A stretch of DNA of 63,723 nt, filler included, from Octopus bimaculoides (taxonomy: Eukaryota): assembly GCF_001194135.2 (NCBI RefSeq). It is 5 parts of 5 records of this genome, joined end to end, with 100 filler letters (N's around TTAATTAATTAA, not from the genome) between each part and the next. Parts side by side here need not be neighbours in the genome. Positions count along the whole stretch, not along the records: positions 60,356 to 61,932 come from NC_068999.1; positions 62,033 to 63,723 come from NW_026350454.1; 3 more parts are not named here. The stretch is one strand, 5' to 3'. The notes under the pieces are model-generated. The model ran no database searches, was not told the DNA's origin, and saw only the letters and a program-made list of their open reading frames with translations. Positions 61,747 to 63,723 of this stretch are shown piece after piece (within the stretch, counting starts at the first letter, position 1; every line of letters starts with the position of its first letter). A program made the position numbers and the translations under genes.

Positions 61747-63723
61747 TATATGTATGTGTGCATGCATGTATGTACTTACGCATGTATGCATTATAAACAC
61801 ACTTTACTATGAATAAACAAGAGTCAGGAATTTGACAGCCGAGTGACGAGTTCACAAATAAATACACCTTTGATGTCTATAATTTCCTCACACTCATTCC
61901 TTCCCTGCCGCGGGTGCTTGTGGTAGCTATGGNNNNNNNNNNNNNNNNNNNNNNNNNNNNNNNNNNNNNNNNNNNNTTAATTAATTAANNNNNNNNNNNN
62001 NNNNNNNNNNNNNNNNNNNNNNNNNNNNNNNNAGCCCCTACAGCTGGGTGAGTCTTGCTTGTTACTTCACAATCTCACTGTTGCTGGTGCCACAGGAAAA
62101 GCACAGGGTAACCTCTATGAAGTGGTTAGCATTATATGAAGATGCATCCAGCTATAGAAACCATACCAAAGCAGACAGTGCAGTTTGGTGCAGTCCTCAG
62201 GCTTGCTGCCCTTCTCTTGAACTGCCCGGCCTAATTCTAGCATAGAAAATGGACGTTGAATGATAATGAAGATGATGTATACAAGCATACATGTATGCTT
62301 GTACTATTCTTTCATTCTTTTACTTGTTTCAGTCATTTGACTGTGTCCATGCTGGAGTACCACCTTTAGTTGAACAAATCTAGCCCAGGACTTATTCTTT
62401 GTAAGCCTAGTACTTATTATANNNNNNNNNNNNNNNNNNNNNNNNNNNNNNNNNNNNNNNNNNNNNNNNNNNNNNNNNNNNNNNNNNNNNNNNNNNNNNN
62501 NNNNNNNNNNNNNNNNNNNNNNNNNNNNNNNNNNNNNNNNNNNNNNNNNNNNNNNNNNNNNNNNNNNNNNNNNNNNNNNNNNNNNNNNNNNNNNNNNNNN
62601 NNNNNNNNNNNNNNNNNNNNNNNNNNNNNNNNNNNNNNNNNNNNNNNNNNNNNNNNNNNNNNNNNNNNNNNNNNNNNNNNNNNNNNNNNNNNNNNNNCTG
62701 AACCTAGAACCATGTGGTTGGGAAGCAAGCCTCTTACCACACAGCCACTCCTGTGACTCTATGTAGACAATTATTATCAAACTGGGACCATGCTGGTTAT
62801 GAAGGCAAGAGTTNNNNNNNNNNNNNNNNNNNNNNNNNNNNNNNNNNNNNNNNNNNNNNNNNNNNNNNNNNNNNNNNNNNNNNNNNNNNNNNNNNNNNNN
62901 NNNNNNNNNNNNNNNNNNNNNNNNNNNNNNNNNNNNNNNNNNNNNNNNNNNNNNNNNNNNNNNNNNNNNNNNNNNNNNNNNNNNNNNNNNNNNNNNNNNN
63001 NNNNNNNNNNNNNNNNNNNNNNNNNNNNNGTCACTAGCATGATTAGAGTGTGTGCCACCTAAGGCAGCCCTTTCCTTTGATGCCCCTGGATTCCACAAAA
63101 AGCACATATTACCTACAGCAGACCCAAATGTGTTGCCCCATTAAAAGTGCCACCCGGGGCAGACCGCTCCTAGTAACCCCACCTAGATATGCTAGCGACC
63201 GGAGTANNNNNNNNNNNNNNNNNNNNNNNNNNNNNNNNNNNNNNNNNNNNNNNNNNNNNNNNNNNNNNNNNNNNNNNNNNNNNNNNNNNNNNNNNNNNNN
63301 NNNNNNNNNNNNNNNNNNNNNNNNNGGCAGACCGCTCCTAGTAACCCCACCTAGATATGCTAGCGACCGGAGTACCATGAAATAAAGTGTCTTGCTCAAG
63401 GCTACAATGCACTGCCTGAGATTGAACTCACAACCTTAATATCATGAGCTGAATACTGTAACCACTAAACTTCACTTGCAACTTATGTTATAGACTCACC
63501 TTCCTACATTTATAGAAACATGTTACCAAATATTTGTAGGCACGTAGTGGTACTTCGTTATGAAATCTTAATATACAATCAAGTAGATTAACACGTTTTT
63601 ATAAGTCAGGGCCGTGTTCTACTGTGTTAGCAGTGCTACTACATCATTTGTTTACATATCTGTAGATACAACCAAATATCTAAGCCATTAATCTACTCCT
63701 TCAAGATTTTCATGTTTTTTTTT

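Overview
AT-rich eukaryotic intron/intergenic DNA packed with microsatellites, SINEs and transposon fossils, with many N gaps. The repeat style suggests a coleoid cephalopod such as Octopus (inference, not verified). The only well-supported host coding sequence is a 757-nt first coding exon (25053-25809, +) of a multi-TPR protein; I could not locate its downstream exons with confidence. The rest is layered fossils: CR1-like, RTE/RTEX, R4/Dong-, CRE- and HERO-like and L1/Tx1 LINEs, Penelope-like elements (PLE), mariner/maT, Buster-type hAT, a Helitron, MITEs and a candidate solo LTR. The most interesting signal is invisible in the ORF track: five hammerhead-ribozyme-like motifs, all on the minus strand. 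Two lie in a ~323-nt-period tandem repeat (13551-14058) with retrozyme-like architecture. Three motifs, from two unrelated contexts, carry a non-canonical but compensatory U3-A8 core (UUGAUAA instead of CUGANGA). Other oddities are two long inverted-repeat structures, a 17-bp apparently templated insertion, and two homologous unique-sequence islands of unknown identity. All family assignments come from motif recognition by eye, and no activity is demonstrated.
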